A DNA stretch of 63,866 nt, the filler included, from Cladosporium halotolerans (lineage: Eukaryota): the NCBI RefSeq assembly GCF_011745625.1. It is 7 parts of 7 records of this genome, joined end to end, with 100 filler letters (N's around TTAATTAATTAA, not from the genome) between each part and the next. Parts side by side here need not be neighbours in the genome. Positions count along the whole stretch, not along the records: positions 58,710 to 63,866 come from NW_027191672.1; 6 more parts are not named here. One strand, written 5' to 3'. Shown in pieces: positions 59,688-63,866 of this stretch. The notes under the pieces were generated by a model. The model saw nothing but the letters and a program-made list of their open reading frames with translations. It searched no databases and was not told the DNA's origin. A program made the position numbers and the translations under genes. Within the stretch, counting starts at the first letter, position 1, and the number at the start of each line of letters is the position of its first letter.

Positions 59688-60538
59688 TTTGGGAGAATAG
59701 TCCTGAAGTTGCGATGTCGATATTTCTGTAGTTCCGGAAATGCAGGTCTGGTTGAGCAGTGATGTCTGGTCAAGATCGTCGAAAGGAAGCTTGTGATCGA
59801 GAGGTAGCACGTCTCAGAGGAGAGCGAGGTCTTCATTTATCAACCTTCGACAGAGTGAGCACGTTCAGTAGGCAGTGCCTGCTTGTGGGAGGTGAAAGAT
59901 CCGATCATCCCGGGCTGAGCGTGGCGCAAAACCTGATCCACGTAGGCTATCGGTCATGTAATCACTCTGAGAACCGCTCTGCTAGGCAACCAGATTCGAC
60001 AGTTATCCCAGGTAATCGAGACAGATATGTGGAAGATCAGTGCGAAAATCAAATGTCGCAAGCCACCATCGGGCCCAAAAGGCTATGTCTATCCGGTGCG
60101 CGAGCGTTTATCTCAACATGGAAGTCTGCTATACGACAATTGCGAGCTCCTTACGCGTTGGACTCCCCGGATGCCGGATAGAAAATCAGTTATGCGAAAC
60201 GTCGTTTAACTCGCTTTGCTCGCATCAGTCGCATCAGTCGCGTGTGATCGGGTTCCAAAGTTGAAACACTGATCAGCGCTAGCAAGCTTCTAGGGCCGGT
60301 AAGATGGAGGCTCGGGCTCGTTCCGATCGTATGCGACGGACTGTCAAGTACGTACGTTGTGATCACTAATGTCTCTCTCAATGGACTCGATGGAGGCTAA
60401 CCGTCTGACGCGGAGCGACTGTGCTTTTAAAAGCAATTTGTCTGGGAGAAAGTTGTCACACAAACTTCAAAACTCGCGATTGAGTGGCACTGGTCTCGGT
60501 TTGGCTCACAGGCTCATCTACCTCGTTCAAAATCAATA

Positions 60539-62219
60539 ATGGCGATTCAACAGCTCGCGATGCTTTTTGCCGTATCATCGGCGATTCAGAAAGCTGCGCT
60601 TGCATCTTTTACCTCCAATAATTTGACGCACAATCCTTTCCCGGCACAGGCAGCGTGCCAGGAGCTTCAAGCTCTATATCCAGCTGTCACGCACTACCCG
60701 AACAGCACAGGATATGTACAAGACAACGAAGACTTCTGGTCTCAAGCGTCAGCACTTGGACCGGCATGTATCTTTACACCTGCCCGCGCGGAAGATCTAG
60801 GACATGCTGTACAGATCTTGAAAAGCTTCTCCTCGCCTTTCGCCATGAGAGGCGGCGGCCATATGCCCATCGGCGATTTCAACAACATCGACTCGACGGG
60901 AGTCCTGCTTTCTTCCAGCGGATTCAAGCAGCTGGAGCTCGAAGGTGATGGGCACTCTGTTCACGTAGGACCAAGCAATCACTGGCAAGATGTTTACAAG
61001 TATCTCGAGCCCGAGGGGAAGGTCGTGGTTGGCGGAAGGCTTGGGGTCGTGGGAATTCCTGGCTTTGTAATCGGTGGTGGGATCAGCTTCTTCTCTGCTC
61101 AGTACGGCTGGGCGAGCAATAATGTGAAGAGCTACACTGTGAGTTCGTCGGTTGCTGTACTCGGTGGATAGAGAATCTGACTACTACTTCCAGGTTGTCC
61201 TAGCTGATGGCTCTGTCGCCAAGGTAACGCCCGAAAACTGCTACGCAGACCTCTTCTGGGCACTACGCGGTGGTGGAAACTCGTTCGGTCTAATCACAGA
61301 CCTTGAGCTGAAAGCCTACGATGTGCCGGTGGTGTCTGTGGGTATCGCGAATCACGGCAACATCACGGATCCATCCGTGTACTACGGAAATGTGGTTGAC
61401 TTTGCCTTGTACGGCCAGACAGCAGACGAAAAGGCATCTGTGATCCCCGTGATCAATACTGGAAACTCGGCGCGGCAGTCCGGAATCATCTCTTATACGA
61501 CGTACCGATTCTGGAGCGGCAACATCTCTGCTGAACTTGGAAACTCAACACCAGCGTCGCTGTCCTATTTACAGAGGCCTGAAATGCGAATTTTGAAGGA
61601 TAATTTTGCTCCTAAAACCATGCACGGATGGTCCGAAGAGACGGCTCCAACATTCTCCAAAACGAAAGGACTGCGGCAAAGGTTCTTCACGCCATTGACT
61701 TTGCGCGTCAAAGACAAGGCTCGGACTGTGGTAGCTTTGGAGGTTATTCATCGAGTTTACTTTGACGCAATCGCTTTCGCGCTTTCGGAGCTCGATGTCT
61801 GGTTCACGGGTGTCTCGCCATTTCCAATGTCCGCACGCTCTCTGGCGACATCAGCACGGAAGATCAATACAGTCGAAGGTATGACCATACCACGTGGGGA
61901 TCCGATGGGCTTGAAGCCAGAAAACCTCATCGTGGTTGAGTTTTCTGTCAGCTACTCGAACAACGGCAGCTATGAGCCCATAGTCACGGATTTCCTTACC
62001 AACGCGGCTCGCCAGATTCGCGTGGAACTATCGCAGAAAGGGCTCGACGGGCTCATTGCGCCTTGGTTGTATCTGAACGATGCGGACAAGAGCCAGAATG
62101 TATTTGGTGGCTATCCGGAAGATAAGGTACGAGCATTGCAGCAAATCCGGCATAAATACGACCCGGACCGGGTCTTCACCGACCTCATGCCGGGCGGCTG
62201 GAAGGTCGCGCATGCGTAG
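60539..62219 (+). CDS. Secreted FAD-linked oxidoreductase (VAO/BBE-like), one intron
   Basis: Signal peptide, FAMRGGGH, VVGGR...VGIPG...GGG.S, DLFWALRGGGNSFG, YLNDA...Q...GY, KYDP; intron about 61139-61192. Confidence 0.92.
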
Positions 62220-62822
62220 GTTGACTTGGGTCGAGGACTGGGCCGGATCTGCAAGGCAGGATTATCCTTGCGCTGGGAGACCGGAGGTGGGCAATATCCC
62301 ACGGCGCATCGTGGCCCGCGGCGCACCTCAAGCCGTGGGCCATGCAGCACGAAGTAGAGCCGTGAAATGATCCCCACACAAGTCCATCCGCGCAGAAACT
62401 GTATGCAGACGGATTTCTAATGGCATCCAATATTTTTGAGGCGATTTGAATATGTCATTGACAAGCGTTGTGAGTCCGTTGTGCGTGTTTCTGTCGGCCT
62501 TGCAGGCCTCAGCTGGCGGTCGGATGTAGCAGAAGGATTCAAGGCGCTGCGCGCGCGCCAGGCTCGACGACGAGCTAGTGGAGTCTTCGGCAGGGCACCG
62601 AAGGCTAAAACGCGCGTGTTTGCCGCAACAGTCAGAGCCAACTCGGCCAGGCGACGGCGACGAGGACGGCCACGCCAACTCCGGTAGGTTCAGCAATGCC
62701 AGGCCGCCCTTCGTGTCTCGCCGCGAGGCATCTCCAGGCTTGCTGCGGCCTTTGGTGCGGGCCATGTCTCCCCGTCGCCGTTCCACTGCGCGTGTCTGCT
62801 CCCACAGTGCTCCGCAGCCACC

Positions 62823-63768
62823 ATGGAGGATCCGGCGAGGGCGAAGAAGAAGCACTACAAGTCCCGCAAAGGCTGTCGTGAGTGCAAGCGACGGCGTGTG
62901 AAGGTGAGTCGAGTCGCATCGTAGGCACGCCGTACCTTCGTCGTTGTCTTCCAGACACCGTGCAAACGCTGACCCGCTAACGTGCCTGCAGTGCGACGAG
63001 CGCCATCCCTCATGCTCCGCGTGCGTGCGCCTAGGACTGGTCTGCCACTATCCCTCCAGATCGGTCAAGGGTGTTCTGGCCCCTGCAATACCCACAGTAT
63101 CGCATCCTGCTTTTCTTGTATCGCCACACACGCAGGACCAGCTTTGGGATACCTGCGATCTCGCGCTCCTCCATCACTTTACCACGTGTTGCTGCATCGT
63201 CGTCCCTGGCGAACACAGGAGGCAGCTATGGAAGAAAGAAGTAGTCAGCCTGGCCTTCTCCCATCCCTACGTTCTCAGCCAGATCCTTGCCGTTAGTGCA
63301 TTGCATCTCTACCGCGAGGATCCGTCAAGCACGCATCTCATCGCCAAAGCCGTCGAGCATCGTGGGCAAGCGCTTGCGCGTATTCACCGGACACTTGCTG
63401 GCATGAATGCAGAGGTTTGCATCCCTGTGTTCGCTTTTGCCGGTCTGTCGATGGTGTTCGCCTTTGCCGACGTGGCAATCCAGCTGGACGCAGACGGCGC
63501 CAACTACGACCCCGTCGGCCATATCGCTGAGTGTTTGCAACAAAACTTTGGCATCAACACGGTGTTGCAGTCCTACAAAAAAGATATCCAGGCCTCATGG
63601 GCAAGCGAGCTCATCAACTTGGACAGCAAAGAAGACTTTGACCGGCTTGCTACCTCCGGCCTTGTATTTGCTCATGAGAAAATGCTGCATGAACTTATTG
63701 ACGCGCATGAATATCGCAAAGAATGGCAGGATGCTTGCCATGGTGCCTTGACCCTCCTGCTCCAGACC
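62823..63768 (+). CDS. Zn(II)2Cys6 transcription factor (UPC2/Ecm22-like), truncated by a transposon end
   Basis: HYKSRKGCRECKRRRVK / intron / CDERHPSCSACVRLGLVC; DLALLHHF, AFSHPYVLSQILAVSALH. Confidence 0.88.
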
Positions 63769-63866
63769 CAGTGCTGTTATTGGTTCGGTTGGTGCTGGTT
63801 CTGTGGTCAAACCGACACCAACCGGCAACTCGACATGTAAGAACCATTTGACCAGATGGTGAACCA
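63769..63866 (+). mobile_element. Probable hAT-like terminus (CAGTGCTGTTATTGGTTCGG...)
   Basis: Abrupt change to GGTT/AACC motif-rich sequence starting CAGTG, 98 nt before the sequence end, the same overhang length seen at other TE-bounded contig ends. Confidence 0.55.

Noticed and set aside
1..63866. tRNA, rRNA or ribozyme genes
   Set aside because: None recognised by eye; an Infernal or tRNAscan-SE search would be needed to exclude them.

Overview
This window is filamentous-ascomycete (fungal) DNA with GT-AG introns, not one locus. It is seven unlinked contigs (1-9864, 9965-19761, 19862-29591, 29692-39309, 39410-48999, 49100-58609, 58710-63866) joined by artificial 100-nt N/TTAATTAATTAA/N spacers, so neighbourhoods across spacers are meaningless. 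Many contig ends run about 92-98 nt into transposon termini. Mobile elements: degenerate Tad1-like LINEs of three families, one near-intact Fot1/pogo element (81-bp TIRs, TA flanks) plus two related partial copies, and three kinds of hAT-like termini, two of which interrupt genes. Ordinary genes: BOR1-like anion transporter, GT34, RO10/dynactin p24, AVT amino-acid transporter, intronless bacterial-type IlvD/Edd dehydratase, FAD oxidoreductase, Zn2Cys6 TF and a disabled GMC oxidoreductase. Best leads: (i) contig 2 looks like the interior of a Starship giant transposon (convergent ferric-reductase-like and DUF3723 genes) next to an ATP-grasp-like gene; (ii) contig 6 is an orphan-ORF island with a minimal MADS-box gene and a JmjC-like gene lacking a metal-ligand His; (iii) an unclassified element end at 28.1-28.7 kb with (TTAGG)n repeats, a GCGAAGC-capped hairpin and dispersed inverted motifs; (iv) a pogo whose two flanks come from different loci. 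All protein family calls are by eye from motifs; no database search was run.
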